From Chara braunii (taxonomy: Eukaryota > Plantae > Charophyceae), in contig BFEA01000001.1 of the NCBI GenBank assembly GCA_003427395.1, positions 8,131,623 through 8,186,558 of the forward strand: DNA of 54,936 nucleotides. The letters are read 5' to 3'. Below, one piece after another: positions 1 through 12,303 of the stretch. The notes below the pieces were generated by a model that ran no database searches, was not told the origin of the DNA, and saw only the letters and a list, made by a program, of their open reading frames with translations. Position numbers and translations under genes: made by a program. The stretch's first letter is position 1; the number at the start of each line of letters is the position of its first letter.

Positions 1-645
1 AACAGCAGGAACAACAACTGAAGTGGACTGAATATAACAACGATGACAGGACACAGCCTAACCTTCAGGTTCAGTCTGTTGTTCCTGGGACAGGAACAGT
101 TACAACTTTAACTCCAACTCCAATGGAAATAGACCCTCTTAAACATGCCTTCTCTAATGATTACATGGAATATGTAATAGCCCCGGTGAAGGTTATTCCC
201 CTCGAAACAATGGGGGAATTGGGAGAAGGACAGGATACGCTTGCTAAGCTACAGTAGGGGTTGTACAACGTATCTGAGTGGGTGGTGAGTAACTTAAAGT
301 TCCAACATCCTAATGAAACGGAAGAAACCTGGTTTCCCATTAAAAAACAGATCAGGTCTCTGTTGTCTAGTAGCGAACGTCTAAAGTCTGCCCTTCAATT
401 TGGATTGCCCTCGGAAGAGGACTAGTTAACAGCTAGTAACAGACTCTTGCACATTGCCCTTGAGACAGTCTACCCCCCCTTGCAGGGTCTCCCTAGCTTA
501 CTCAACAACAAGGGGGAGACACAACAGAGGAAGGATATAAATGAGAATGGGGGACATCACCGGAGCATAGGCTCGAGAAGACTGAAGGTATTGGCGAGAA
601 AGAACAACTTGACAAAGAAAAAAGAAAAAAGAAAAAAAAAGACAG

Positions 646-2049
646 ATGATTAAGAAAGTACCCCAACCAAGGAAAGTACTGCATCAGAAAGTGTCAAAGA
701 ATGGGGAGATTACTAAAAATTGCAGATTACAACAACTAGCAATTACTCCTCGATGGACGAAGGAATTCAAAGCACGGAAAAGGAAGCGATCATCAAGGAA
801 GAACAAGGCTCAACAAGATAGTGAAAAGAAGGAGGCAATAAGGACCATCCTGATGAATACCTCTATAGACCTTCTGCCACAAAATCAACTTCCAACTTCC
901 ACTTCTACTCATAAAAAGACTAAAGGAGTTGATTTTGACGCTATCTCTTTAAATGACGCAACCCCCTTGCTCCTAATCGAGGAAGAGCCTCATATTCCTG
1001 AGAGAGTAGTCTCTTCCCGCATATCACAGAAATCACAGCAGGATGACACTCAGATTGATGATCCATTTAACCACAGCAGTTCTCCGGAGGATGGCTCAGC
1101 TACTCAAAATAGCTCCCTCTCGTGGTGTTGCAGCCAAGACCCTTTCATCAGTACGACCTCGACAGCCCTGGTCTTGGTCCCAAAGATGGTGCCAAGTCCC
1201 ATATCCAGTGCAGCTAATGAGGAAACGCAGATAAAGGAAATAATATCGGAGATAACGGGGGAGAAAAAATACATTGTGTTTTCGGACACCCAGAATAAGG
1301 AGGAAGTGGGATCCTCGTCACTTATTGTGTGGGATGATGAAGAGGAGCAGCAACCATCCATCTCGCATCAGTCAACAGAAGTGCAAAGACTGTGCAACAT
1401 ATCTGCAATCACCCCTATGCTTGAAATAGACTTGACAGAGGACATTACCACCACACAACAGTTTACCTCGTCCAGTCTGGCCATGTCGACAGTCTTTGCG
1501 GAAAACACTAGCAAAAGGATAAAACTCAAATCCAAGCTAAACATGGATGTGAAAGCTATGACCCTTTCCAAACAAGGAATAGTCGTCCTCCCAGTTAGAT
1601 TGAAAGAAGGTGTTTGGGAGGTGGGCTTATCTATGGTAGATGACTCTCAATACGGGGGGGTCACATTGCAAGGAATAATGCCATCTTTCGCCTCCCTGTC
1701 AAAACTTACAGGAGGGAAAACCGGGGAAACCGGGGAAACAATGATCAAAATGGATATTTTGAAATATATTAAAGAGTCTCTCCCCCAAGGTGGTTGGGCT
1801 ACACTCTCGCTCACATCAAGAGGTAGCAGGATCGCGGACAGAGATGTATACGTGCGCTACAGGATCGGTGAGACCATTGATTTAAAATGGATGAGTATGA
1901 AATTGCTAAAAGAGATACAAGTCTTAAAGATCAAAGCCAGCCAGTTTTGGATGGAGGCAGATGTGATCCTACTACTGTTGAGACTTCTCAAACAGGCAGT
2001 ATTATCTCAAGGGGTCATACTTGATACGGGAAACTGGGTGAACTTGTAA
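646..2049 (+). pseudogene. LINE ORF1 C-terminal part: low-complexity linker plus a conserved ~175-aa C-terminal domain
   Basis: Lies directly upstream of the EN domain. Its C-terminus aligns by eye with 50255-51406 (GIVVLPVRLKEGVWEVGLS..QYGGVTLQG vs GNLVIPVRKRNGKWELGLS..QYGGVTLRG) and with 22359-23051. Confidence 0.8.
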
Positions 2050-2184
2050 AGTGCTCACTAGTAAAGCCCCAAAGGATTAATTGGATTGATTGGACTGCTA
2101 TTATTATTATTATTAATGGGGGAAGTCGATCTGGTGGATCTGGTCTACAACAAGGACAAAAACTGAAAACTCCTAAAACGTAAT

Positions 2185-5100
2185 GCAGACCTTGACCTCA
2201 GATCTTTAAACGTTAATGGGCTAGTCTCTGCCAAAAACTCCAAGAAGTAGGCGATATATGAACAAATTAAGGGAGTAGACGGTAAGAACTGGCCAGAAAT
2301 CATCTATACACAAGAAATCCACCTCCAAAATACAGAGGCACACAATTATATCCATAAAGAAGTCTGGCCCCACACATCATATCGCGCGCATGCTCCTAAA
2401 CCAGGTAGTGCGGGAGTGGATATTTGGTTACCACTTAATTCTAAGTTAGAAGTTATAAGCTGGGGGGAAGACCAACAGGAGGGTAGGTGGGTTTATATAC
2501 TTGGTAATGATTGAATTAGAAATAGTTAGTATCTTTAACATATATGGACTCAATGATGTAGGTGAGCGAGAGGTTTTTTTTCTCTAGCATTCTCTCCTAC
2601 TTACCAGCAGGTATCCCTGTCATCATTGCAGGAGACTTTAATGCAGCCCCTGATCGTAATCTAGACAGGTGGAATCTCCCAGTTCCTTGTCCTGCTTATG
2701 TGGAAATGGATGAACTCATCATATCAATTTTTTATCATACAACTAACCTGTTTGATTCCTTTAGGAAACTCAACCCGAATACCAAAATGTTCAGTTGTTT
2801 CAGGAGGAACCAATCAAGGAAAAACACAAAGTCCAGAATAGACTTGATCTTAATTTCTGAGGAACTTCAGGGGTCAGTACAGTTTGCCAGCATACTTCCA
2901 AGAAGCCCCTTTCCAGGATTGGATCACGCCACGTGCATGGTGTTACTCACATTCAACAGAAAACCTGATCAGGGTAGAGGGTTTTACAGACTCAATACTT
3001 CTCATCTCAAATCGCCGAATTTCAAACAGTTTCTCAATGATGTATGAAAATTTTGGAGAGAACAAAAGCCCCAGATCAACGATGCAGTTCAATGGTTCAA
3101 CAACGGCCTAACTTTCCGAGGACGTAAATGTAATGAATATTCCATAGCGTTGGCTAAACAAAGCATCAAAATGAAATACAGTTACATAAAAAAAATGAAG
3201 AACTTCAACAAACAGAGATTCACATTGAAGATCCGGACCAACTAGATCAGATTGCCAATGAAATTCAAAGATTAGAGGAACAGGTAATAAAACACATGGA
3301 ATACAGGTGGCAGGGGGTGAGGATCAGGGGGAAATTAAAAAAGAGTCAGATGGAAGGATCTATAGATGCAAGATTCTTTGCAATGGCAAGAGCAAATTCA
3401 GGTAGATCCACAATCGAGGCCTTATCTAATCCCTTTGACTCTAATGAACCTCTGTCCACTTTATCGGCAGCTTGTAACAAAATTGCTAGAGACTTCTTTA
3501 AGAATCTCTTCTCATCACAAACGAAAGATCTACCCAGAGACCAATTTCTAGAAGAAATTGATGCTTTTCTCCAACCAATGACACGGTCCCTATCAGACAA
3601 TCAGAGGAAGGAGATTGATAAGCCTCTGAGTAAAGAGGAAATATGGAAAGCCCTAATGCTAATGGAGGAGGAAAAGACTCCGGGGATTGATGGTTTCCCC
3701 AAAAAATTTTGGGAATCAATGTGGGATACGATGTCTCAACATCTTATGGACTTTTACCAGGAGGTATGGAACACAGGAGAAATGAGAGAAATCGTTAGTC
3801 AAGGGGTTCTAACCCTCTTATACAAGAAAGGGGAAAAAACAAATATAAGGAACTATCGTCCTATCACCTTACTTACAGTAGTATACAAGCTTGTGGCCAA
3901 AGTATTAGCTGACAGATTGTCCAAGGTAATAGCAGATATTATTCACCCAGCACAAACAGGATTCATATCAGAAAGGAATATTCAGGATAATATTCTCTTG
4001 ATTAATGAACTCATCAAAATCTCGCGCCAATCTAAACACAATGCAGCTTTCATATTTATAGACTTTGAAAAGGCATATGATCATGTTGATTGGGTATTCC
4101 TAGACAAATGCCTGGAAAAAATGAATTTTGGTTCTTGTTTTAGAAGATGGGTGAAAATTATGCACCAGAACGCAACAACCAGGACGATGGTAAATGGTAA
4201 CTTAGCCCCCCCATTAATCTGGAGAGATCAGTCAGACAAGGAGATCCACTAGCTCCATATCTCTTTGTGATCATTATGGAAGCCCTGGCAGCAAACCTGA
4301 GACAAAATAGAGATATCAAAAAAATCAAGATAACATCAATCCCAGAGGAAGCAATTCCAGTATGTTCTCTATTTGTCGATGACCTCTCGCTCATGTTGGA
4401 CGCATCTGTGGATAATCTAAGAGCCCTCCAAAGACTTGTGGATCAATTCTGTAGACTATCTGATATGAAGATTAACTGGGGAAACAAAACACTTGGCTGG
4501 TGGATCCATCGTCAAGGGGTCAGACCACCAGAAAATCCAAGGATTAAATGGCTGTCAATTGACTCCCCAGTCAGGGTCCTTGGTATCAATTTAACTGCTG
4601 CAGGCAAACCTACCTCCAATAATGAAGGGATTCTACAAGCTGCTCGTGCTAAATTGGAAAACTGGAAAAACAAACATACCTCTATTTTTGGGAGGACCCT
4701 AATCATTAATAATGTGGTGTTGGGGTCCATCTGGTACAAATCGGCCATATGGGCCCTAGACAAAGCCCCAATCAAGGCACTCCAGCAGAGCCTCGGAGCC
4801 TTCTTATGGGGAGGAAACCATGATCTCAAAAAGGTGATTAGTAGAGTAGCCTGGGTCGTCATAATTCAACATAAATCAAGAGGGGGGTTAGGTCTCATTG
4901 ACCCTACTCTCCAAGCCATGGCATTATCAATCCAATGGATCATTAGGCTACTCTTTAGTCCACAGTCCCTATGGTCCATCCTAGCATGGGAACAGATTAA
5001 NAGATTGGCACCTTCAACTAACGAAGTAGTAGATCCTCTAATGTGGTTGGAAAACCGAGNTTGGGCCCTTCCAAGGAGTAAAAAGATTGAAGAAGGTGAA

Positions 5101-6257
5101 GCTCCCTCAGATGACAGAGAGGAAGCCAGAAAAGATCTCAGTAGAGATCCATTCTGGATCTCCCTCATCAAGACCTGGAGGAAACTGCCCTTGCCAGATA
5201 AAATTCATCCTATTAAATGGGAGGAAGTGTGTCAGCAACCTCTATTCAATAATACATGGATTCGTGATAATCAAGGAATCATGTTACATTGTAATGATTC
5301 CCCGTGGAAAGGATGGATTAAGAAGGGAGTAGTCAGAATCAAGGATAGTTGGAACAAAGAATCCAAGGATTGAGATACTCAGGGGGAAATTCAGGAAAGA
5401 TTAAGATATTGTCATCATTTAGAAAATGCCCTGGAAAAGATAGTTGAATTGATACCTTTGGACTGGGTCCGCATTCTCAGGAAAGGCCCTGACATCAGAA
5501 CCAATGATTGGGTAACTTTCACTGACTGCAATCATCTAATAGGAAATGTTTTGAAAGTCGAGGCAAATGGAGTCATTTTAACTTCCCTTTTCAGTCTCAA
5601 AGATGATAATAGAGTAATCCCCCACCTAGAGGACGAAAACAGATGGGTAGTCCAAGATCAAGTTTTCAGAATTAGAGTATTGCCACCTGGGAATGATTGG
5701 CTGGCATTCAGGCCCGACACTCCCATATCGCACCTAGCAATGGATCCAGCCGTTTGGAAGTGGGGATCACAGCTAAAAAATAATAGAAATTTTACCAGAT
5801 CACTCCACTCTCTATCAGTCAAATCAACATACAGGATGCTACGTCCTACAATCAACCTAAAAGATAGAGTATCTGACAGGTGGAAGAGACAACTTAACCT
5901 TAATATACACGACCATAAGAACATCAAATGGTTTCGCAGCAAAAATTTTAAACAGGCCAAAACAGCCTCCCTACAATGGCAGATTGAACACAGATGCCTT
6001 CCTACAAACGATTGGTTAACAGATAGAAAGTCACACGACAGGAACGATCATGCCCAACCCTGGTGCAAGTTGTGCAAAACTGTATATCCAAGTAGAAAGA
6101 TTCCAGAAACGATTGAACACATTTTCCTTCAATGCCCCGGTTCAATCTGGCTCTGGATATGGTGGGACAGGATCTGGAGCACTCTGGAAACAAAGGCCCA
6201 ATGGCCATGGGGTTGGAAACCCCTACTACTGGAAGTATGGAATGCTGACCCCTTTGA
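2185..6257 (+). pseudogene. LINE ORF2 (APE endonuclease, reverse transcriptase, CCHC zinc finger), disrupted
   Basis: ORF fragments 2562-3047, 3296-4252, 4267-5373 and 5449-6257 carry the EN, RT and zinc-finger motifs in the expected order. Confidence 0.95.
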
Positions 6258-7024
6258 NNNNNNNNNNNNNNNNNNNNNNNNNNNNNNNNNNNNNNNNNNN
6301 NNNNNNNNNNNNNNNNNNNNNNNNNNNNNNNNNNNNNNNNNNNNNNNNNNNNNNNNNNNNNNNNNNNNNNNNNNNNNNNNNNNNNNNNNNNNNNNNNNNN
6401 NNNNNNNNNNNNNNNNNNNNNNNNNNNNNNNNNNNNNNNNNNNNNNNNNNNNNNNNNNNNNNNNNNNNNNNNNNNNNNNNNNNNNNNNNNNNNNNNNNNN
6501 NNNNNNNNNNNNNNNNNNNNNNNNNNNNNNNNNNNNNNNNNNNNNNNNNNNNNNNNNNNNNNNNNNNNNNNNNNNNNNNNNNNNNNNNNNNNNNNNNNNN
6601 NNNNNNNNNNNNNNNNNNNNNNNNNNNNNNNNNNNNNNNNNNNNNNNNNNNNNNNNNNNNNNNNNNNNNNNNNNNNNNNNNNNNNNNNNNNNNNNNNNNN
6701 NNNNNNNNNNNNNNNNNNNNNNNNNNNNNNNNNNNNNNNNNNNNNNNNNNNNNNNNNNNNNNNNNNNNNNNNNNNNNNNNNNNNNNNNNNNNNNNNNNNN
6801 NNNNNNNNNNNNNNNNNNNNNNNNNNNNNNNNNNNNNNNNNNNNNNNNNNNNNNNNNNNNNNNNNNNNNNNNNNNNNNNNNNNNNNNNNNNNNNNNNNNN
6901 NNNNNNNNNNNNNNNNNNNNNNNNNNNNNNNNNNNNNNNNNNNNNNNNNNNNNNNNNNNNNNNNNNNNNNNNNNNNNNNNNNNNNNNNNNNNNNNNNNNN
7001 NNNNNNNNNNNNNNNNNNNNNNNN
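6258..7024. other. Assembly gap (N run); further gaps at about 8497-8826, 10323-10461, 17540-17574 and 42484-43110
   Basis: Runs of n in the sequence. Confidence 0.99.
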
Positions 7025-7069
7025 TTTAAAAAAAAAAAAAAAAAAAAAAGGGGCACTGTTTTTCACTTT

Positions 7070-7717
7070 CCGCATGTGTCAGAGAGGTAAAACATGCGGC
7101 AGAAATAATCCAACAGTTTATTCATACAGAAATCAGAAGCCAATGGGTTAAGACGCAAACAAAGCTCAAAGAGTTCAGACAGAAATCAGATATCAAACAA
7201 AGAATCCAAAAATTCAATTTGGAATGGTTAGGGGATGTTGCAAGGGAGAAGCTGGGGGAGGTGGCATGGCCGGGACTCGGGAGGGGAAGGGGAACAGGCG
7301 GAGCTCAAGCGGGATTACCGGATCACCTTTCACAACTGGTTTGACATCCAACCAGGAGCTTCGTTAAGATCACCGGAGTGCTTTATCGACCCCTTTCCGC
7401 CACCTACACTTGCTTTGGTGGATCTTGAGTGGTTTGGGGGGGGGGGGGGAAGGGGGACAGGCTACAAGAGCTGGGCAGTGGTAGAGAAAAGCTAAAGTGG
7501 GATGCTAGGAATGTCTTTTCTCGTCAGGCGGTCAGATTTCTGACTGAAGAGGCACTCTCATCTGAAAGGTTGGTCTTTAGCACTTGTAGCAGTTTTCTCT
7601 GAGATTGGATTAATTTCATTTAAGGAAAAGAGGGACCTCAGGAGGTAGAAAGGTAGTAGGCCTGATGATAAGAAATGGAGGTAGTTAGCAATGGGACGCT
7701 GGGTCCGGTTTCCAGCA
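7070..7717 (+). mobile_element. Family A LINE 3' fragment (ORF2 C-terminus, 3' UTR and partial tail motif)
   Basis: RDYRITFHNWFDIQPGASLRSPECFIDPFPPP matches 38886-39278 (RDYKLLFNNW..PDFFPPP). The tail hairpin atgggacgctgggtccggtttccagca lies at 7691-7717. Confidence 0.8.
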
Positions 7718-7824
7718 CAGGGACAACGGATTCTATCTCCTATTTCAACTTTTAAAAATTTCACAATGTAGGGAACCAGCTTCCCCGTAATACAGTGCAA
7801 TGTGGGGCTCGTTGCTGTGTAGTA

Positions 7825-7929
7825 CCGTCTTCCCCCGAACATAACGCACCCTGATAATGAATGTATCAAAGCTATATTTCCGGTCAGATACAGCCAAAGT
7901 AAGGGTGCGTTGTGTTTGGGGGAAGACGG
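7825..7929. mobile_element. 105-bp Tc1/mariner-type MITE
   Basis: TIR ccgtcttcccccgaacataacgcaccct / agggtgcgttgtgtttgggggaagacgg, flanked by TA on both sides. A related copy of the same length is at 29745-29849. Confidence 0.85.
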
Positions 7930-10726
7930 TAGTCCGCGGCGTTCCTACAGCTGGCCGTCGTTTCCTGTGTACATTACTGTCTGTCTGTGTCTCTGCCTCT
8001 CCCACCTACGGCTGTACGGACGGAGGGCCTTAACCACTGGCTTTTACCCCTCTTCCACCTACTGCCTCTTTCCTTAGGGCTGCGTCTTTGATTATTTCTC
8101 GTTTTTGCTCTCCTCTCTTGACTGTTCCTCTCACATACAAGGCTGGCCATGTTGATGAAGTTGAGGGTGAGCGAACTGTATACACAGATCTGTAGTTCTA
8201 TTTATAGGTCTATACATAGATCTGTGGATAGATCTGATTGACAAATGTCGATAGGTTGAAGTATCCGTACATTTATTGTCAACATAATAAAACATATCCA
8301 TTTATACATTCTACAGTATTGCCACAGCCCCTCGTTTGTTGTCCTCTTCTCCCTCTCTGCCTACTGTTTACGGGGCAGCTCTGTTTGACGATATATTAAG
8401 TATAGATTTATTGAATTTTATTCCAATAAGGGAGTTAGCTGGCCCGGGCCTCTTCTATGGTTCTTGTCATAAACTCGCTACTGATCTATGCAGCATNNNN
8501 NNNNNNNNNNNNNNNNNNNNNNNNNNNNNNNNNNNNNNNNNNNNNNNNNNNNNNNNNNNNNNNNNNNNNNNNNNNNNNNNNNNNNNNNNNNNNNNNNNNN
8601 NNNNNNNNNNNNNNNNNNNNNNNNNNNNNNNNNNNNNNNNNNNNNNNNNNNNNNNNNNNNNNNNNNNNNNNNNNNNNNNNNNNNNNNNNNNNNNNNNNNN
8701 NNNNNNNNNNNNNNNNNNNNNNNNNNNNNNNNNNNNNNNNNNNNNNNNNNNNNNNNNNNNNNNNNNNNNNNNNNNNNNNNNNNNNNNNNNNNNNNNNNNN
8801 NNNNNNNNNNNNNNNNNNNNNNNNNNAAAAAAAAAGGGAGAGAGGTACAACATGCTGGGGTGTGGGAATAAATAAGGGTTGTTTTTCTTTTCCGTGGGTG
8901 ACAGGCGCAGCCGTTGCAAACACGATTGGGGGCCGGCGCTTTTTTGGGGGCGGAACTGTTGCTGTGGCACACTTTTAGTTTGAAATAGGCGAAAAACTTG
9001 AAAAAAGACAAAGTGGCGCCGGTCATGGTGTGAGTTTCGAAATGTGCGAGTTTGGCGGAGGTCTAAAACTGCACCAGTCACTACCTGCAGTGGCGCTTGG
9101 CAGATTTAGGGTCGCCTTTTTTGCTCCATTTTGGGATCTGCTGAAGTTCTCTATTGTGAATGTTGGGTGTGACTCCATTGTACTTGCCCCTTTTTTTTTT
9201 TTTGCAACATGGCAGGTGAAGGTTTGAACCTTGCCATTGGCAGACAAAGATGCATGTGCCAAGCCACCTAACAATGCATGCACATGTGCTCACACATGAA
9301 TGCAGGCACATATCTTGAGGTAGCAACTGGCCGATCAGTTGACCACTGAGGTAGACTGTGTCCCTGTCGTATTCTAGGCAGTTGGGTCCCTGTCGTATTC
9401 TGTTGGTAGGTTGATAGATTTATCGTTGTAGCCCATTCATCGATCCGCAGCCAGACGGAACTCTGCAGCTAAACGGAATCGGAGCGGTGACCTCGGCTGT
9501 AGCAGCTGGATGGATGCCTTCACCACTGCAACGGTGATCCGATGTTCAAAACTGAAGCCATACCGGTTGTGACATTCAGCCCACCCCAGCACTGTTCCAG
9601 CAAGGACTTACATCGTCAACGCAGGACATCCATTCCGAGATCTTCCGCAGGCAGCAGCATCCATGCAGAATCCACGACCCTCCGCAGTTGCCGACCAGCA
9701 TCCCATACACCAGAATCCAAGTGAACATCTCCCCTAGCTGGTTAATGGGCTCGTACCTGTTGGTAGGTTTATTGTTGTATGGCCAGCGGTTTTATTATGC
9801 ATTGCACATATATACCTTTTTGAGTACTTGCCAGCTACACAGCGGGTGTCCTTTCAATGGTTGCTTTTCTGTGATGTCATGTCTTGTTTTTGCGACACAG
9901 TGGGTGAAGGTTTGAACCAGACTGGGATGCACATGCCCACCCAACAATGGTTGCTTTTCTGTTCCGTTATGTCTCTCTTTGGCAACACGGTATGTGAAGG
10001 TTTGAACCAGATGCAGATGGACATGCCCACCCAGCCAACAATTCACACACATGTGTGAATCTAAGCATAGATGCTGAGGTACCAACTGCCTGATGGTTGG
10101 ATCTGTGGTTTGAACCCATGCACAGAACTTGAGGCACCAACTGATAGATGAGTTAACCACTGAGGTAGACTGGGTCCCTGTCTCGTTTTGGGGGGCCATT
10201 TCATTGAAATGTAGCCCACGTGCACCTCTTTGAGCGTCTGCCTTTGAGGCCAAGTACACAGCTGCCTCCTTTGACCACTTGTTTTTTTGTTCTGTTTTTT
10301 TTTTTTTTTTTTTTTTTTTCCCNNNNNNNNNNNNNNNNNNNNNNNNNNNNNNNNNNNNNNNNNNNNNNNNNNNNNNNNNNNNNNNNNNNNNNNNNNNNNN
10401 NNNNNNNNNNNNNNNNNNNNNNNNNNNNNNNNNNNNNNNNNNNNNNNNNNNNNNNNNNNNNNTTTTTTTTTTTTTTTTTTTTTTTTTCCCGACTTTTTCT
10501 TTTTCTTTTTCTTTTTTACAGTGGTATTTATTTAACCGTGTAACCGTGTTCTTTTTTTATGTGATTCAGCTTTGGCTGTTAATGGCCGTTGGATACAGTA
10601 GATGGCTAACTGCCAAGGAGGGTCTTCTATTCTTAGTCAAACTTTTTTCGAAGCCGACGAATTGACTTTGGTAGTATAAAGTAGAGGTAGTAACCTGGTC
10701 TATTCCTCCTCAATTTGCGGCTTGAA

Positions 10727-10772
10727 GACCCCTGATGAGTGCCGGCTAGCGACCGGCCGAAACGCGTAGGTC
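10727..10772 (+). ncRNA. Type I hammerhead ribozyme of Penelope-like-element style
   Basis: gaccc-CTGATGA-g(t)gccgg ctagcga ccggcc-GAAA-cgcg-TA-ggtc. Intact catalytic core, helix II, palindromic ACGCGT helix III, and a TATAAA about 50 bp upstream (10675-10680). Confidence 0.88.
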
Positions 10773-11651
10773 GCGCTACTTCTCGCCAGTTGGTTTTCAA
10801 AGTGTAGTTGGTCAGGATATCGACGACTACTCGTAGTCGCATGACTGCTCGTAGTCTTCAGAATACTGCCGACTGCTTTCTAAGGAACTGGCTATGGGAA
10901 GTTGGATTATTTTGACCTCTCAAAGGTCGCGTTCGGGAGAAGACTAAGGTGTCTACTACTGCAATCTTCTATCTCCTCTCCTTTGTCCCAATTCTTGTTC
11001 AACCTTCCCTCTTCTTCTCTGTTTTGCTTGCCGTGGTGTGCTGACTCTGAAGTTTGTCTCTGGTTGTTCATATGCCATAATTGTGGAAAAGTTGGAAACA
11101 ACTACCATCGGATACAGCTACGTGGTTGGTGGCTTAAGTTATTTTATTCACCTGATTCCATCGGGATTCGAACTCACGCCTGCTGGGTGTACAATTCAGA
11201 TAGGGTGATGACCCGGAGATATCAGCATTGAACTGAGCAGCCCCAAGCATTTCAGAATTATTTGCTCCTATTCCTCTCATTCCATGACAATTCTCCGTTC
11301 TTCTTCTTCGTTTTTTTTTTTTTTTAACCGCTGATACCTTTCCTGCTGTTGGGAAAAGTGGGAATGTAGCCTACACAGCATTCTTTAGGGTCCGGGACGA
11401 AAGCATGCCGCTGCTGATTAATTTCATCGGCGGCCTACTTTTTCATTTCCCGCCTCCGAGACTTGCAGGTATTGGCCCGCAGCCGACAGCTTGGAAAGGT
11501 AGCGGTCCTTCAACATCCGTCGACGACTCGACGGTATTACTGGGGTCCGGGGGTGATACGAGCAGTCCCCTTTCGATAGTTAAAAAAAGAAACAATGGCG
11601 GACGCGGCATGTTTTGAGTTCCTAAAGGCACGAAAAACAGGCCTTCGGCGA

Positions 11652-12303
11652 CTGTGTCAGGGCCTGAGTTCGAAAAGGCATTCGTAACTCAGGTCGGGGC
11701 GGAGGTTTCATTAAGGCGGTTGTGTCTTTTTTTCTTTTTTTTTTGTCCGCTCGGTCGCGCCGCGCCGCAGCTGCAAGGAGAAAAAAAGGTTTTTTTTTTT
11801 TTTTCCGGTCGGTCGCACCTCGCCGCGCCGTGCCGCGGCTGGAAAAAAAAAAAAAAAAAAAAAGGTGTATCGGCCCCATCGTCGAGTCATGGCCGAGATG
11901 TCTTGGCCACACCCCAGATTGGCCACGGCCGAGATGTCTCGGCCACACCCCAGATTGGCCACGGCTGAGGTGTCTCGGCCACACCCCAGATTGGCCACGA
12001 CCGAGATGTCTCGGCCACAGCCCAGATTGGCCATGGCCCAGATGTATAGGCCAAACCCCGGCCGTGGCCCGACCATGGTTTTTTTTTTTTTTTTTTTTTT
12101 TTTTTCCAGCCGCGGTGTGGCGCGGTGCGACAGACGGAAAAAAAAAAAAAAAAAAACTTTTTTTTCTCCTTGCCGCCGCGGGGCGCGACCGACCGAAAAA
12201 AAAAAGAAAAAAAAAAGACACAACCGCCTTAATGAAACCTCCGCCCTGACACCACCACCGGCCTGAGTTACGAACGCCTTTTCGAACTCAGGCCCTGACA
12301 CAG
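11652..12303. mobile_element. Foldback/MITE-like non-autonomous DNA element with ~200-bp inverted arms and internal 33-bp tandem repeats
   Basis: Begins ctgtgtcagggcctgagttcgaaaagg and ends ccttttcgaactcaggccctgacacag. About 4.5 copies of ggccgagatgtctcggccacaccccagattggccac at ~11890-12050. Confidence 0.85.

Larger units (their letters stand above)
1..6257 (+). mobile_element. L1/Tx1-type LINE, family A copy A1 (decayed; 5' end outside the window, 3' part runs into an N gap)
   Basis: ORF1 tail is followed by APE endonuclease motifs (RSLNVNGL, QE, AGDFNA, SRIDLIL, DH), RT motifs (KTPGIDG, NYRPITLL, IDFEKAYDHVDW, RQGDPL, LFVDD) and a C-terminal CKLC..ETIEHIFLQC zinc finger. Several stops and frameshifts. 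Confidence 0.95.

Noticed and set aside
3296-4620. Retron, DGR or group II intron RT system
   Set aside because: The RT is fused to an APE endonuclease and a CCHC finger, and copies have poly(A) tails and TSDs, so it is a non-LTR retrotransposon.
7544-7576. Second hammerhead (ctgaaga...gaaa...gtc)
   Set aside because: Neither helix II nor helix III can form.
6002-9081. Long ORFs containing X runs (also 10220-10665 and 42351-43229)
   Set aside because: They are open only because of N gaps.
9200-10200. Local direct repeats (gtgaaggtttgaacc; accactgaggtagactg; similar duplications at 31361-31573, 32314-32505 and 50145-50220)
   Set aside because: They look like ordinary local duplications in decayed repeats, with no termini or structure to support more.
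11150-11246. tRNA gene or SINE head on the minus strand (gagttcgaatccc)
   Set aside because: Only a B-box-like motif is present; no cloverleaf and no properly spaced A box.
11890-12050. CRISPR-like 33-bp palindromic repeats
   Set aside because: The units are head-to-tail with no unique spacers, lie inside a foldback element, and there are no cas genes; the context is eukaryotic.
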